Source: an uncultured Alphaproteobacteria bacterium
GTDB lineage: Bacteria; Pseudomonadota; Alphaproteobacteria; RF32; CAG-239
Assembly (NCBI GenBank): GCA_944392275.1
Contig: CALXWA010000002.1
Coordinates: 60,664 to 124,663 of the forward strand
DNA length: 64,000 bases
Direction: 5' to 3'
Shown: positions 26,736 through 37,191 of the stretch, piece by piece
Position numbering within the stretch: the first letter of the stretch is position 1
Layout: the number at the start of each line of letters is the position of its first letter
The notes under the pieces: generated by a model
Told to the model about the DNA's origin: nothing
What the model saw: the letters and a program-made list of their open reading frames with translations, nothing else
The model's database searches: none
Position numbers and translations under genes: made by a program

Positions 26736-27485
26736 ATGCGGTTTTTCGTATCGAATATTTTAATGTTTTTGTTAATACTGCTGATGTTAATTCAGCCAGT
26801 ACAAGCTCAGGCTTACTCGGAATATCCCGATGTTTCCTTGGTTTGTATGGAAAATACACAAAAATTTGAGAAGAAATATCAAATTAAAGAACACTTATTA
26901 ACCACCATTTCCAGTGTTGAAACCGGGAGATGGAACGCCAAAGAAAAAAGAAACGTTGCTTGGCCTTGGACGGTTAACGCTCAAGGAAAAGGCATGTTTT
27001 TCCAAACAAAGGCTGAGGCAGTCCGTGAAGTGAAAAGACTCCAAAAAGCCGGCGTAAAAAGCATTGATGTCGGTTGTATGCAAATTAATTTGGCATATCA
27101 CCCAGATGCTTTTGAAAGTGTTGAAGATGCTTTAGACCCACAAAAAAATGTTGAATACGGGGCAAAGTTTTTGAAAAACCTTTATAAGGCAAAAGATAAT
27201 GACTGGTTAAAGGCCGCCATGGCTTATCACTCCAGCCAGCCTCAGAAGGCTTTAAAATACAAAAAACGTCTGACATCGGCTTATGAGATGGTTAAGCAAG
27301 CTCATAATATTGATGCCGACAAAAAATTATTTGGAAATATTGAACAACCTCAGCATAAAAAACTTGAAACAAAAGTTGCTTATGCTAAAAAAAATAACAG
27401 CTTAAAAAAACAAGCCAGTGCCGCTAAAGCTAATGCTTGGAGAGAGGCAAAATTGGCTGAGTACAGAAAAAGTAAATTAAAATAA
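26736..27485 (+). CDS. Lytic transglycosylase (SLT domain), secreted
   Basis: ISSVETG, WPWTVN, SIDVGCMQIN, DPQKNVEYGAKFL, AYHS. Confidence 0.88.
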   Translation: MRFFVSNILMFLLILLMLIQPVQAQAYSEYPDVSLVCMENTQKFEKKYQIKEHLLTTISSVETGRWNAKEKRNVAWPWTVNAQGKGMFFQTKAEAVREVKRLQKAGVKSIDVGCMQINLAYHPDAFESVEDALDPQKNVEYGAKFLKNLYKAKDNDWLKAAMAYHSSQPQKALKYKKRLTSAYEMVKQAHNIDADKKLFGNIEQPQHKKLETKVAYAKKNNSLKKQASAAKANAWREAKLAEYRKSKLK

Positions 27486-27496
27486 ATTAAGGTGTT

Positions 27497-29011
27497 ATGA
27501 CGGGAAATATCATGGAAAACGGCTTCTATTGGAAGCCCGTTGGCGGAAACAATATCGATCAAGTCAGCGGACATTGCTATGAATATACCTGTGTTACTCC
27601 AAATAATAAAAAACTTGTTCGAACGACAATTCTTGTCGATTTGGGTAAGTTTGACAACCATCAAGCCTTAGGCGTTAAAAACTCGGCGGCAGCCGTTCCT
27701 GATGTTCGAGAGCTGCTTAATCATTCCGAGCTTATGCCTAAGGCTCTTTTAATTACCCATTCTCATCCAGATCATTTAAATGGAATCGTGCATTATATAA
27801 AAGCCGGATATACCTTCCCTAAGCTTTATGGCGGAAAATATACGGAAATGATTTTGAATCAGCTTTATGAAGAATTTGAGGTTCCGACAAAGTTTCAGCC
27901 CAAATTTATTTGCATTAAAGAAGGGGATATCCTTAAGTTTGATAATATGGAGGTTGAGGTTATTGCTTCTTCCCATACTTGTTTTGGCAGCTTTGGCTTT
28001 ATCATTAAAACACCTTATGGTACCGTCTACCACACCGGAGATATGAAAATTGACGGTAGCACCTATTTTCGCAAGCCAACCAATTTACATCGTCTTAAAG
28101 AGTTGGCAACACAAATTGATTGTGTGGTTGCCGATTTTTACGGGTGTACGGATGATGGCTTTGCCATTAAAGAAGTCACAACTTTTCAAAAATTGGTGCA
28201 AAAAATTAAACGACACCCGAAAAGAAAAATTTTAATTCCGGTTTATCCGACTCATCCCGAAATGTATATCATTGCTTTTTTGGCGGCCTTAAAAACAAAA
28301 AAGAATGTTGTGTTTTATGGCAGCAAAGATTTTTACATCTATTTAAAATTGATTGTTGATTATGGAATATCTTTTGAAAAGATTGCTAAAAATCGCATTC
28401 AGATTTTATATAAGCCTGACGATGATATTAAAAAATTTGGTAATAATTATGTGGTTATCGGTACTTTTAATAATCTGCATCCGCTTTTTGAGGCAACCGA
28501 AAAAGATACTTACGGCATTTTGACGGCCAAAAGCTTTTTTAACCCTCTTAAGGGACAGCTTAACCTTCACAATATTCCTTTTGTGAGTGTTGATGAAATG
28601 CCTGAGCTACAGGGTTTTGGTCATGGTTTTTGGGGCGACTATGAATATTTGCATACCCTTTTACCTGACAGCACCTTTATTCCAACCCACTGTCCGGTCT
28701 TTGTGATTGATAATATTCGCGAACTGGCCGCCTATTGCGGAATGAATTTGGTAAAAGAAACGCCACATAATAACGAAATATTTAGAATTAATGGTAAAGA
28801 ATGTGAAAAGATAAAAAGCTCCCCTGCGGTGTGGCTGGTGGTTAATTATAACGGGGATTATGCTTATTTTACCGAAGTTTGGCAAAAGCCTACCTCCGGA
28901 GAGGGCTTTTTGAAAAGGACTATCAGCAATCGTCGTTGCAAAAATAAGTTTAAAATGTTTTTACTCGCAAGAAAGCAAAAGGAAGCAAAAAAGAAAAATG
29001 AGCTTAACTAA
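27497..29011 (+). CDS. Metallo-beta-lactamase/beta-CASP hydrolase, divergent RNase J-like
   Basis: ITHSHPDHLNG, SHT, YHTGDMKID, GHG...FIPTH. Confidence 0.7.
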   Translation: MTGNIMENGFYWKPVGGNNIDQVSGHCYEYTCVTPNNKKLVRTTILVDLGKFDNHQALGVKNSAAAVPDVRELLNHSELMPKALLITHSHPDHLNGIVHYIKAGYTFPKLYGGKYTEMILNQLYEEFEVPTKFQPKFICIKEGDILKFDNMEVEVIASSHTCFGSFGFIIKTPYGTVYHTGDMKIDGSTYFRKPTNLHRLKELATQIDCVVADFYGCTDDGFAIKEVTTFQKLVQKIKRHPKRKILIPVYPTHPEMYIIAFLAALKTKKNVVFYGSKDFYIYLKLIVDYGISFEKIAKNRIQILYKPDDDIKKFGNNYVVIGTFNNLHPLFEATEKDTYGILTAKSFFNPLKGQLNLHNIPFVSVDEMPELQGFGHGFWGDYEYLHTLLPDSTFIPTHCPVFVIDNIRELAAYCGMNLVKETPHNNEIFRINGKECEKIKSSPAVWLVVNYNGDYAYFTEVWQKPTSGEGFLKRTISNRRCKNKFKMFLLARKQKEAKKKNELN

Positions 29012-29744
29012 ATATACCAGAGATTATTTGGTTCGCAGTTATGAAACCGATGGAAACAACAATCTGCGGATTGTGACTTTGTTAAATATTTTTCAGGATA
29101 TGGCGGATAAAAGTGCCTATGAAATGGGACTGGGTCTGGACTACGTTTATGCCAAGGGATTGGGCTGGGTTGGCTCTAATTATGAAATGATGATTGATCG
29201 CTTGCCCAAAATGCATGAAAAAGTACGCATTGCCTCATGGCCGGCTGCTGAAAAAAAAGTGGCTGCCATAAGAGAATTTGAGGTCTTTGGCGAAGACGGC
29301 AAAAGTATTATTCGAGCCTCGAGCAAATGGGTTCTTCTGGATGTACAGAAAATGCGTCCCGTCAGCCTTAAAGATAATTTGCCCGAATATCAAATTATTC
29401 CCGAACGTGTGATTGACACCGAATTCCCTAAAATCGGGGAGCCGGAACGCGTCGACTTGGAAACAAAATTTCGCGTTCGGTTTGATGATATTGACCTTAA
29501 TCGACACGTTAACAATGCTGTCTATGTTTTGTGGGCTTGTGAAGCCGTTGAGCCTGAATTTCGCTTGTCTCATAACCCAAAACATATTGAAATGTCTTTT
29601 AAAAAAGAAGGACATTTAGGTGAGAAGATTCTGGTTAAAACGCAGTGTGACGGAAAGTTTACGCTTTGCAGTATTCAAACCTATGGCGGCGAAGACAACC
29701 GCGAACTTGCTCGTGCAAAGATTGAGTGGCAACCCTTAAAATAA
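28998..29744 (+). CDS. Acyl-ACP thioesterase
   Basis: VRSYETD, DIDLNRHVNNAVY; double hot-dog size. Confidence 0.88.
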   Translation: MSLTKYTRDYLVRSYETDGNNNLRIVTLLNIFQDMADKSAYEMGLGLDYVYAKGLGWVGSNYEMMIDRLPKMHEKVRIASWPAAEKKVAAIREFEVFGEDGKSIIRASSKWVLLDVQKMRPVSLKDNLPEYQIIPERVIDTEFPKIGEPERVDLETKFRVRFDDIDLNRHVNNAVYVLWACEAVEPEFRLSHNPKHIEMSFKKEGHLGEKILVKTQCDGKFTLCSIQTYGGEDNRELARAKIEWQPLK

Positions 29745-29769
29745 AAGGCTTCAACAGAAGCCTTTTATT

Positions 29770-30330
29770 TTAACCAATATGTTCGTAGAGAACTTTGCAA
29801 CCAAGCGCTATCAAAATTACTCCCGAAGAAATCTCAAGAATCCGCTTGGGAAAATTTTTAAATAAACGGCAAAAATTAAACCCAAGACAAGAATTAATAA
29901 ATGTTACGGCCCCGATGATTAACGCAGAACTCCAAACCGGTTGTTTCATGAAATAGAGCATGGAGCCGCTGACAAAGGCATCAATTGAGGTCGCAACCCC
30001 TATTAACAATAAAATTTTCAGGGACAGGACTTTTGCTATTTTTTCTTCACAATCCCCTTTGCGTAGAGAATCGGAAATCACTTTTAGACCAAGCATCAGA
30101 AAAACAAAAAAAGCAATCCAATGGTCAACCTGTTCAATTTGATGATAAATACTTCTGGCTCCAAACCATCCGAGTATCGGCATGATAAATTGCCCCAAAC
30201 CAGTCGCCGTTGCCAATTTGAGAGCTGATTTGCCTTTTTTCTTTTTAATTACCAAACCGTAAGAAAAAGAGACGATAAAAGCATCTACCGAAAGAGCCAA
30301 TGCCAATAAAAAAACTTCAATAAAATTCAT
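29770..30330 (-). CDS. mntP: Manganese efflux pump
   Basis: ALALSVDAF, GQFIMP, DHWIAF, ATSIDAF. Confidence 0.85.
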   Translation of the reverse strand: MNFIEVFLLALALSVDAFIVSFSYGLVIKKKKGKSALKLATATGLGQFIMPILGWFGARSIYHQIEQVDHWIAFFVFLMLGLKVISDSLRKGDCEEKIAKVLSLKILLLIGVATSIDAFVSGSMLYFMKQPVWSSALIIGAVTFINSCLGFNFCRLFKNFPKRILEISSGVILIALGCKVLYEHIG

Positions 30331-30390
30331 AATTTTCCTTTGTTCTTTTTTGTTTTTTAGGTAAACTCCTTACAAACAAGGAGTTTATGC

Positions 30391-31119
30391 ATGGCAGATT
30401 ATAGCGAAGATTATTTATTAGACAAGAGAGTAAAAATTTTTCAACCTCTTAACGGGTACCGTGCTTCTACCGATGCGGTTTTGTTGGCAGCTTTTGTTTG
30501 CCATGTGAAAAAGGGGGATAATATTCTTGATGTTGGTTCCGGAACAGGGGCTATTTCTTTGTGTTTGTCCGAACGTTTAAAAAACAAAGAAATTTCCATC
30601 AGAGGATTGGAAATTCAACCCGAGCTGGCTCGACTTGCCAATCTGAGCGCTCAGGTTAACCATTTTCATTTTCTTGAATTTATTCATACCAATATTTTTG
30701 ACTATAAAACCGATTTTTGTTCGTTTGCTCATGTCGTCAGTAATCCGCCGTATTCGGAAAACGATATGCCCTCCCCAAACCTCAGCAAAGCGACCGCTCA
30801 TAATTTTGTAAAGGCGGATTTGGAAAAGTGGATTGCTTTTTGTATCAAAATGATTAAACCTCAAGGCTTTTTTTATACCGTTAACCGAGCCGAGGCTCTT
30901 GAAGATTTGCTTTGCCTTTTACATGGCAAATTGGGAGGGATTGAAGTTTTTCCGCTTTATTCAAAATCCGGACAAGATGCAAAACGTATTCTTCTTCGGG
31001 CGAGAAAAGACAGTAAAGCCCCTTTAATTTTACGGTCTCCGATTGTTTTGCACCAAGAGGATGGAACCTATACCGCAGAAGCTCAACGGATTTTGCGTGG
31101 GGGCGAAGGATGGGATTAA
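30391..31119 (+). CDS. SAM methyltransferase, tRNA1(Val) A37 N6-methylase-like
   Basis: QPLNGYRASTDAVLLA, LDVGSGTG, SNPPY. Confidence 0.8.
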   Translation: MADYSEDYLLDKRVKIFQPLNGYRASTDAVLLAAFVCHVKKGDNILDVGSGTGAISLCLSERLKNKEISIRGLEIQPELARLANLSAQVNHFHFLEFIHTNIFDYKTDFCSFAHVVSNPPYSENDMPSPNLSKATAHNFVKADLEKWIAFCIKMIKPQGFFYTVNRAEALEDLLCLLHGKLGGIEVFPLYSKSGQDAKRILLRARKDSKAPLILRSPIVLHQEDGTYTAEAQRILRGGEGWD

Positions 31120-31264
31120 CCCTTTCTTTTTCCTGATAAATAAAGAAAAAACGTAATTTTTTCTATTGACAGAAAACAGAATTCTCTTTATAAGTCAGAT
31201 GTCCGAGAATGTTCTAAGATGTTGAACATTTTAAATAATTAACTAATAAAACCGGAGAAAAAAT

Positions 31265-31399
31265 ATGAAACGTACCTATCAACCAAGTAAATTGGTAAGA
31301 GCCCGTCGCCATGGTTTTCGTACTCGTATGGCAACAGCCGGCGGTCGCAAAGTTTTGTCTGCTCGCCGTGCTAAGGGACGCAAGAAAATCTCTGCATAA
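31265..31399 (+). CDS. rpmH: 50S ribosomal protein L34 (below the ORF-track size cut-off)
   Basis: Translates as [44 protein letters not shown]; GGAG RBS; precedes rnpA. Confidence 0.97.
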   Translation: MKRTYQPSKLVRARRHGFRTRMATAGGRKVLSARRAKGRKKISA

Positions 31400-31408
31400 G
31401 TCGCAGCA

Positions 31409-31804
31409 ATGGCAAAACTTCTTATCTTAAAAAAAAGAAAAGATTTTGTTCGAGCCGCCAAAGGATTAAAAGTTGTTACACCAAGTTTAATCTTACAGGC
31501 GGCTCAAAGTTTATGTGTCCCTGACGATTGCTGTCGCTTTGGTTTTACGGCAACTAAAAAACTCGGGAAAGCCCATATTCGGAATCGGACCAAAAGGCGT
31601 ATGCGGGCTGCCGTCCGTGACGTTTTTTACGACAATGCTCTTAGCGGAACAGATTATGTTTTAATTGGAAGGTATAAAACCGCTACGGTTGATTTTATGG
31701 CACTTAAAAGCGATTTGCTTTATGCTCTTAGCAAAATCAACAAAATGATTACTGAAAAAAAGGAGCCGCATTCTGATGAAGCAGATTTGCATCCTACTGA
31801 TTAA
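31409..31804 (+). CDS. rnpA: Ribonuclease P protein component
   Basis: [29 protein letters not shown]; synteny. Confidence 0.92.
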   Translation: MAKLLILKKRKDFVRAAKGLKVVTPSLILQAAQSLCVPDDCCRFGFTATKKLGKAHIRNRTKRRMRAAVRDVFYDNALSGTDYVLIGRYKTATVDFMALKSDLLYALSKINKMITEKKEPHSDEADLHPTD

Positions 31805-32018
31805 ATTTTATCAAAAATTTTTATCTCCGTTGTGTCCGGGAGTTTGCCGCTACCGTCCCACCTGTTCCGAATATTTTATTCAGGCCTTGAAAATCCATGG
31901 CCTTGTTAAAGGCTGTTACTTGGGTTTTAGACGAATCCTACGCTGCCACCCGTGGGGAGGATCCGGCTATGATCCTGTCCCGCCAAAAACAATCAAAGAA
32001 TCTGATAAAACACGATAA
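31776..32018 (+). CDS. yidD: Membrane protein insertion efficiency factor
   Basis: [27 protein letters not shown]. Confidence 0.93.
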   Translation: MKQICILLIKFYQKFLSPLCPGVCRYRPTCSEYFIQALKIHGLVKGCYLGFRRILRCHPWGGSGYDPVPPKTIKESDKTR

Positions 32019-32083
32019 ATACTTGCCTTCGGGCTGAAACTATACTAAATATAAGCAAAATACAAAATTTTGGGAGTTTATTT

Positions 32084-33754
32084 ATGAAAGAAGAGATGAA
32101 GGGCCTTTATGCCGCCATCGTTTTATCAATTGTTGTTATTTTTGTCAGCAATTACCTTTTTCCGAAACCGCAGCCGTCAACAATCCGTGAGGAAAAAGTA
32201 GAAGTTGCCACAACAAAACCGGAAAAAACAGAATCCGCCCCTGAAAATACAATTAAGACCATATCGGTCTCAGAGGCTTTGGCTCAGGATCGTCGTGTTA
32301 AAATATCCAATGCTTCTCTTTTAGGATCTCTTCGTATTAAAGGGAGCCGTTTTGATGAATTGTATTTGAGCAAATATAAAACCGATTTGAATCCCGAAAG
32401 TCCAAATGTTGAACTGTTAACACCGACAAAAACAGCAACGCCTTATTATGCCGAGTTTGGTTGGCTTAGTACGGACAAGAGCTTGAAACTCCCTGACAGT
32501 GATACTCTTTGGAATGTCAAAAGCAAAGAGCTTTCTCCCGAAACACCCCTTGTTTTAGAATGGAATAACGGGCAAGGGATTAAGTTTGTCCGGAAGATTT
32601 CTTTAGATAATCATTATATGTTCCATATTGAAGAAGTTGTTGAGAACAACAGCGGCAAAAACATTACGCTCTACCCGTACGGATTAATCAATCGCAAATA
32701 TGAAGAGGCAAAAACAGCGGCCTCCGTTGTTCATGAGGGGATGTCTGCCATTATCAATTCTTCCCTTAAAGAGATTAAAATTTCTGATTTGGAAGACGGA
32801 GAAAAGAAAGAATTTTCGACAAACGGCGGATGGGCCGGATTTAGCGATCGTTATTGGTTTAGTGCCTTTATTTTACAAAACGGAGCTGAAAGCAATGTTA
32901 AATTTGCTAATAACGGAGAAAACCAATATCAAATCGATTTTGTCGGTAAACCTCTTTTGATAAATGCAAATACCGTTGGAACTTATAGTTCTCGCTTTTT
33001 CTCCGGAGCTAAAGAAATTAAGCTTTTGGATAAATACACCAAAGATTTGGGAATCGATAAGTTTGATTTGGCTATTGATTTCGGATGGTATTATTTCTTG
33101 ACCAAACCGTTCTTTTATATTCTGGACTTTTTATTCAAGATTATCGGCAACATGGGATGGGCGATTTTGCTTTTTGCGGCCTTGTTACGATTGGCAATGT
33201 TCCCAATTGCAAACAAGTCTTATGAAAGCATGTCTAAAATGAAAAAAGTCCAACCCAAGCTTCAAGCCTTGCAAGAAAAATACAAAGACGATAAACAAAA
33301 GCTCCAAACAGAAATGTTTGAATTGTATCGCAAAGAAAAAATCAATCCGGCTTCGGGATGTTTGCCTTTGTTAATCCAAATTCCGGTATTTTTCTCCCTG
33401 TACAAGGTTCTTAATATTGCTATTGAAATTCGTCATGCACCGTTTGTGGGCTGGATTAAAGATTTATCGGCTCCCGATCCCTTAACAATTTCTGTTTTGA
33501 CACATTTGCCGGTTCCTTCTTTTTTGGATATTGGGGTATGGCCGATTGTGATGGGGATTACTATGTATATTCAACAGAAATTGAACCCCAAACCGACCAA
33601 CAAAGACCAAGCCAGAATGTTTGCTCTTATGCCTTTAATCTTTATGTTTATGTTAGGGCATTTTGCATCCGGTTTGGTTATTTACTGGACGCTTAGCAAT
33701 ATTCTTTCCATTATCCAACAGAAAGTTATTATGAAAAAAGTCGGAGTGGATTAA
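32084..33754 (+). CDS. yidC: Membrane protein insertase
   Basis: IDFGWYYFLTKP, GNMGWAI, NPASGCLP, WIKDLSAPDP, GLVIYW. Confidence 0.95.
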   Translation: MKEEMKGLYAAIVLSIVVIFVSNYLFPKPQPSTIREEKVEVATTKPEKTESAPENTIKTISVSEALAQDRRVKISNASLLGSLRIKGSRFDELYLSKYKTDLNPESPNVELLTPTKTATPYYAEFGWLSTDKSLKLPDSDTLWNVKSKELSPETPLVLEWNNGQGIKFVRKISLDNHYMFHIEEVVENNSGKNITLYPYGLINRKYEEAKTAASVVHEGMSAIINSSLKEIKISDLEDGEKKEFSTNGGWAGFSDRYWFSAFILQNGAESNVKFANNGENQYQIDFVGKPLLINANTVGTYSSRFFSGAKEIKLLDKYTKDLGIDKFDLAIDFGWYYFLTKPFFYILDFLFKIIGNMGWAILLFAALLRLAMFPIANKSYESMSKMKKVQPKLQALQEKYKDDKQKLQTEMFELYRKEKINPASGCLPLLIQIPVFFSLYKVLNIAIEIRHAPFVGWIKDLSAPDPLTISVLTHLPVPSFLDIGVWPIVMGITMYIQQKLNPKPTNKDQARMFALMPLIFMFMLGHFASGLVIYWTLSNILSIIQQKVIMKKVGVD

Positions 33755-34396
33755 GTGGATTTTAAGCCGGAAGAATATCGTGTAGCTGAGGTTGAGCAGG
33801 CAAACACATTGTTCCTGAAAGGGACGAGTTTTATGCTTAGCGTTGCTTCGCTCTCTCAGTTGCCGCCGGATAATTTGCCGGAAGTGGCTTTTGCCGGCCG
33901 CTCCAATGTTGGAAAATCTTCGCTGATAAATGCACTGACCAAGCAAAAGAATTTGGCTAAGGCTTCTAACACCCCCGGGAGAACGCAACAGCTTAATTAT
34001 TTTAACTTAGCCGGTAAGCTTTATTTGGTTGATATGCCGGGCTATGGTTATGCCCAAGCACCGGACGGCTTGGTAAAAAAATGGCAACAAATGATTTTGA
34101 CCTATTTGCAAGGCCGAGCCAATTTAAAGCGGGTGTTTTTATTAATTGATTCCCGGCATGGTCTCAAAAAAAATGATCTTGAGATTATGGATTTGCTGGA
34201 CAAAGCGGCGGTAACTTATCAGATTGTATTAACCAAAACCGATAAAATCAGTACGACTGCCCTGGATAAGGTTTTTAACGAAACGGCTCTTGTTTTGAAA
34301 AAACACGCCGCCGCACATGTTCGTATTCTTCCAACCAGCTCCGAAAAAGGTATTGGATTGGATGCGTTGCGTGTAGAAATTTCCTCTTTAATTTAA
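33755..34396 (+). CDS. engB: Ribosome biogenesis GTPase YihA/EngB
   Basis: GRSNVGKSS, TPGRT, DMPGYG, TKTDK. Confidence 0.95.
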   Translation: MDFKPEEYRVAEVEQANTLFLKGTSFMLSVASLSQLPPDNLPEVAFAGRSNVGKSSLINALTKQKNLAKASNTPGRTQQLNYFNLAGKLYLVDMPGYGYAQAPDGLVKKWQQMILTYLQGRANLKRVFLLIDSRHGLKKNDLEIMDLLDKAAVTYQIVLTKTDKISTTALDKVFNETALVLKKHAAAHVRILPTSSEKGIGLDALRVEISSLI

Positions 34397-34463
34397 GACT
34401 TGCATTCTTGTGAAAAAATTTTATCCTTGTGGTTATCAGAAGTACTATTTAAATATTATCGTC

Positions 34464-34628
34464 ATGAAAAAACTTTACACAATTTGCTGTTTGCTTTACT
34501 TAGCAGCCGCTTTGGTTTTGTTGGCATTGTTTCCAATCCAATTTATTTTGTTTGCAATTATTGTAAATGTTTGTTGTTATCTTCACTGTGCTTATGGGAA
34601 AAAGATAAAAAAACAGCATAGCTTTTAG
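34464..34628 (+). CDS. Possible small membrane protein
   Basis: 54-aa ORF MKKLYTICCLLYLAAALV... with two hydrophobic segments; weak RBS. Confidence 0.35.
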   Translation: MKKLYTICCLLYLAAALVLLALFPIQFILFAIIVNVCCYLHCAYGKKIKKQHSF

Positions 34629-34665
34629 ATAAAGTCCGGTTTTCTGCTCTGGCAGATTCCGGATT

Positions 34666-35232
34666 TTATTTTATCCGGACATCTTCTAAGACAGCTGAGG
34701 CCGGAACATTTTGCGGAGAACAAGCATAGGCTCCGATTTTTACCGTACTCATGGCCAATTGGTTGAGATTAAACAACCGAATCTGATGGTATTTAATATC
34801 ATCTTCCGAAAAATAGAGCAGGAAATCATCCCCGTGACGCACCAGCCGATACCAAATTTCTTGCGGAGCTTTGGGTAGATAGGTTATTGACCAATCGGAA
34901 TTGCCGTTATTGGTAATGACACAACCGATTTGCGGACTTTGAAGGGTAGGCATCATTAAACTGATTTTAGCCCAGTTCATTTCATCTAATCTTAGCATTA
35001 GACCAAACTGTGCGTATGGAACAAATTCTATATGTTTCCACTTGATGTTGAGAGTAAAATCCCCTTCATACTCACTATAAAAGAAGCATCCGTCATCTTT
35101 ACGAATATTATGGTTATTATTTTGCCAAAAATCCGTACGTGACGGTGCTTCAACAATCATTCCTCTCTCAGAAAAGCGAACATTTTCCGGCTCATTCAAC
35201 CATGTAAAATATCTAAGAGAGTCCAAAAACAT
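34666..35232 (-). CDS. DUF1349 (regulation of enolase 1-like) protein
   Basis: WLNEP, TDFWQ, QFGLM..DEMNWAK, SDWS, GAYACSP. Confidence 0.8.
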   Translation of the reverse strand: MFLDSLRYFTWLNEPENVRFSERGMIVEAPSRTDFWQNNNHNIRKDDGCFFYSEYEGDFTLNIKWKHIEFVPYAQFGLMLRLDEMNWAKISLMMPTLQSPQIGCVITNNGNSDWSITYLPKAPQEIWYRLVRHGDDFLLYFSEDDIKYHQIRLFNLNQLAMSTVKIGAYACSPQNVPASAVLEDVRIK

Positions 35233-36143
35233 TAGAAGTTCCTTACATTCTCATCCGGAAGAGATTGTAGGCATTTTTCCAATTCCGGATTAGATTTTTT
35301 AGGAGCAACAATTTTTAAGGTAATAATCTCATCCCCGGATAAAATCCCTTTCCCTTTCAAACGCAGTTTTTCCCCGCTGGATGCATATGGCGGGATATTT
35401 ACCGCAACCTTTCCGCTAATGGTCGGAACCGTTACTTTTGCCCCAAGGATTGCCTCTTTTATTGTAATCGGAAGTTCTATATGAATATTATTTCCTTCGG
35501 CCGAAAAATACGGGTGTTTGTCAACGTTAATGGTTATCAAGACATCGCCGGCACTCCCGCCGTTTGGACTTTGTCCGCCTAAACCTTTTAGACGTAACGT
35601 TTGTCCGTCGGTTGTTCCGGCCGGAATTTTGACGTTAATGTTTTTGCCATTTAAGTTGACGGTCTTCTCATCGCCTCTGGCAGCGGAAAGAAAATCAATC
35701 CGCATGTTATAGTAGATATCCTGCCCTTTTCGCGGACGACGAGCTGCCCCTCCAAAACCTTGGAAACCAGCTCCGCCACCGCTGAATTGAGAAAAAATAT
35801 CGTCACCAAAAATTGATGAAAAATCAAAACTTGCTCCCTGCCCACCGGCAAACGGATTACCGCTGTAAGAACTGTAACCTCCGGTGCCACCAAAGCCTCC
35901 AGCTCCAAAACCTGTCGGTTTTCCTTCGCTATCGATTTCATTATTATCGTATTTTTTACGTTTTTCCTTATCACCCAAAATATCATAAGCACATGATATT
36001 TCCTTGAACTTATCTGCGGCGGAAGGATTGTCTTTGTTCAAATCCGGATGATATTTACGGGCAAGTTTGCGATAGGCTGACTTGATTTCTGCGTCACTGG
36101 CATCTTTGCTTACACCCAATACATGATATAAATTTTTATCCAT
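35232..36143 (-). CDS. cbpA: Class II J-domain protein (CbpA-like)
   Basis: J domain with HPD, G/F-rich region and C-terminal domain; no Zn finger. Confidence 0.82.
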   Translation of the reverse strand: MDKNLYHVLGVSKDASDAEIKSAYRKLARKYHPDLNKDNPSAADKFKEISCAYDILGDKEKRKKYDNNEIDSEGKPTGFGAGGFGGTGGYSSYSGNPFAGGQGASFDFSSIFGDDIFSQFSGGGAGFQGFGGAARRPRKGQDIYYNMRIDFLSAARGDEKTVNLNGKNINVKIPAGTTDGQTLRLKGLGGQSPNGGSAGDVLITINVDKHPYFSAEGNNIHIELPITIKEAILGAKVTVPTISGKVAVNIPPYASSGEKLRLKGKGILSGDEIITLKIVAPKKSNPELEKCLQSLPDENVRNF

Positions 36144-36187
36144 TTTCTGCTCTTTGTGTCTCTTTTTTTGAATCTTTATCTATATCC

Positions 36188-36217
36188 TATATAGGAAGAA
36201 TTAAGCTTTATTGCAAG
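36188..36217 (-). promoter_or_regulatory. RpoH (sigma32)-type promoter of the cbpA-like gene
   Basis: Minus strand CTTGcaataaagcttaattcttCCTATATA; same motif and spacing as upstream of dnaK. Confidence 0.7.
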
Positions 36218-36233
36218 TTTTGCTCTTTTTTCT

Positions 36234-36527
36234 TTAGGGGCGATCTTCACAAACAAATGTTACCCGACGGGAATTGTTGTTGTGTAACGTTATGCCATAG
36301 AGAGCCGCGTCTTTTCCGCCTTGATCTCGGCAATAGAGTGCCGCAACGGCGGCCAATTCATCCACACGGATATTTTTGTATTCATACGTAACATAATTGC
36401 TGCTGTGGCTGACAACCGTCGTATTTTTGGCCAAGCGATTGTAATCCGGATCAAAGGTTACCCCCCCTCCGTAAGAGCACCCCGAAAGGCCAACGAGTAT
36501 TCCCATGGCGATCCAAAATCTGGTCAT
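36234..36527 (-). CDS. Small lipoprotein
   Basis: Lipobox LSGC; two further Cys. Confidence 0.6.
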   Translation of the reverse strand: MTRFWIAMGILVGLSGCSYGGGVTFDPDYNRLAKNTTVVSHSSNYVTYEYKNIRVDELAAVAALYCRDQGGKDAALYGITLHNNNSRRVTFVCEDRP

Positions 36528-36736
36528 TAATTTAACTCCCTGTTTTTATCTTTTGCTTTTGTAAAAGGGATTTCATTATCGGGAAGCTCTTCTTCCTTTG
36601 CATATTCCGGAAACAGGATATTGCTCTCTGCCGATAACTTTTTTATTTCAATTACGCGGCGATGCATCTCTCTTATGCGAGCCCGATACTCTTCCATTTC
36701 CAAGGATTTAAGTTCTGAATTTTCCATTCCCGTCAT
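36527..36736 (-). CDS. Hypothetical protein
   Basis: AAGG before ATG; stop/start overlap with the downstream lipoprotein gene. Confidence 0.5.
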   Translation of the reverse strand: MTGMENSELKSLEMEEYRARIREMHRRVIEIKKLSAESNILFPEYAKEEELPDNEIPFTKAKDKNRELN

Positions 36737-36785
36737 CCTTTTGTTAAAACTGTTTTAATTTTAGCATCTTTTTATTAACCAAACC

Positions 36786-37088
36786 TTAATCCAATTCTTT
36801 GTAAATCTCTTCACCGGCTTTCAGCAAAATATCATAAATACGTTGATTTCTGGAATCTTTGGTTCGGGTATTTTGCAATTTTTCCAGCATTTTTGACAAA
36901 CGACGATTAAACCGAGCATCTTCACGCAGTTTTTGTACATTTTTAAGGTTTTCCGCATCATTAATTTTATAATCCGTAACCGCTTTTAAGGTGGCAATAT
37001 ATTGGGCCTCTTTTTGAGCCGTGTATTGAGCAAAGGCCGGAGAGGCTAAAAGACAAGACAATATCAATAGTAACAAAAACTTTTTCAT
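36786..37088 (-). CDS. Hypothetical secreted protein
   Basis: Signal peptide ending AFA-Q; AAGGA RBS. Confidence 0.65.
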   Translation of the reverse strand: MKKFLLLLILSCLLASPAFAQYTAQKEAQYIATLKAVTDYKINDAENLKNVQKLREDARFNRRLSKMLEKLQNTRTKDSRNQRIYDILLKAGEEIYKELD

Positions 37089-37191
37089 ATTCTGTCCTTT
37101 TTACAAAAATAAATCGTTGTTTTCATGTTTATAAATTATATACTACAAAAGTTAGAATCGCTTGACTATGGATTTTTGAAAGTTATTAAAC

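Noticed and set aside
31279-31461. 60-aa minus-strand ORF
   Set aside because: Antisense shadow of rpmH and rnpA.
5117-36758. TTAA-N7-TTAA CtrA-like boxes at 5117-5131, 13820-13834 and 36744-36758
   Set aside because: Expected by chance in very AT-rich intergenic DNA, and the adjacent genes are not recognisable cell-cycle targets.
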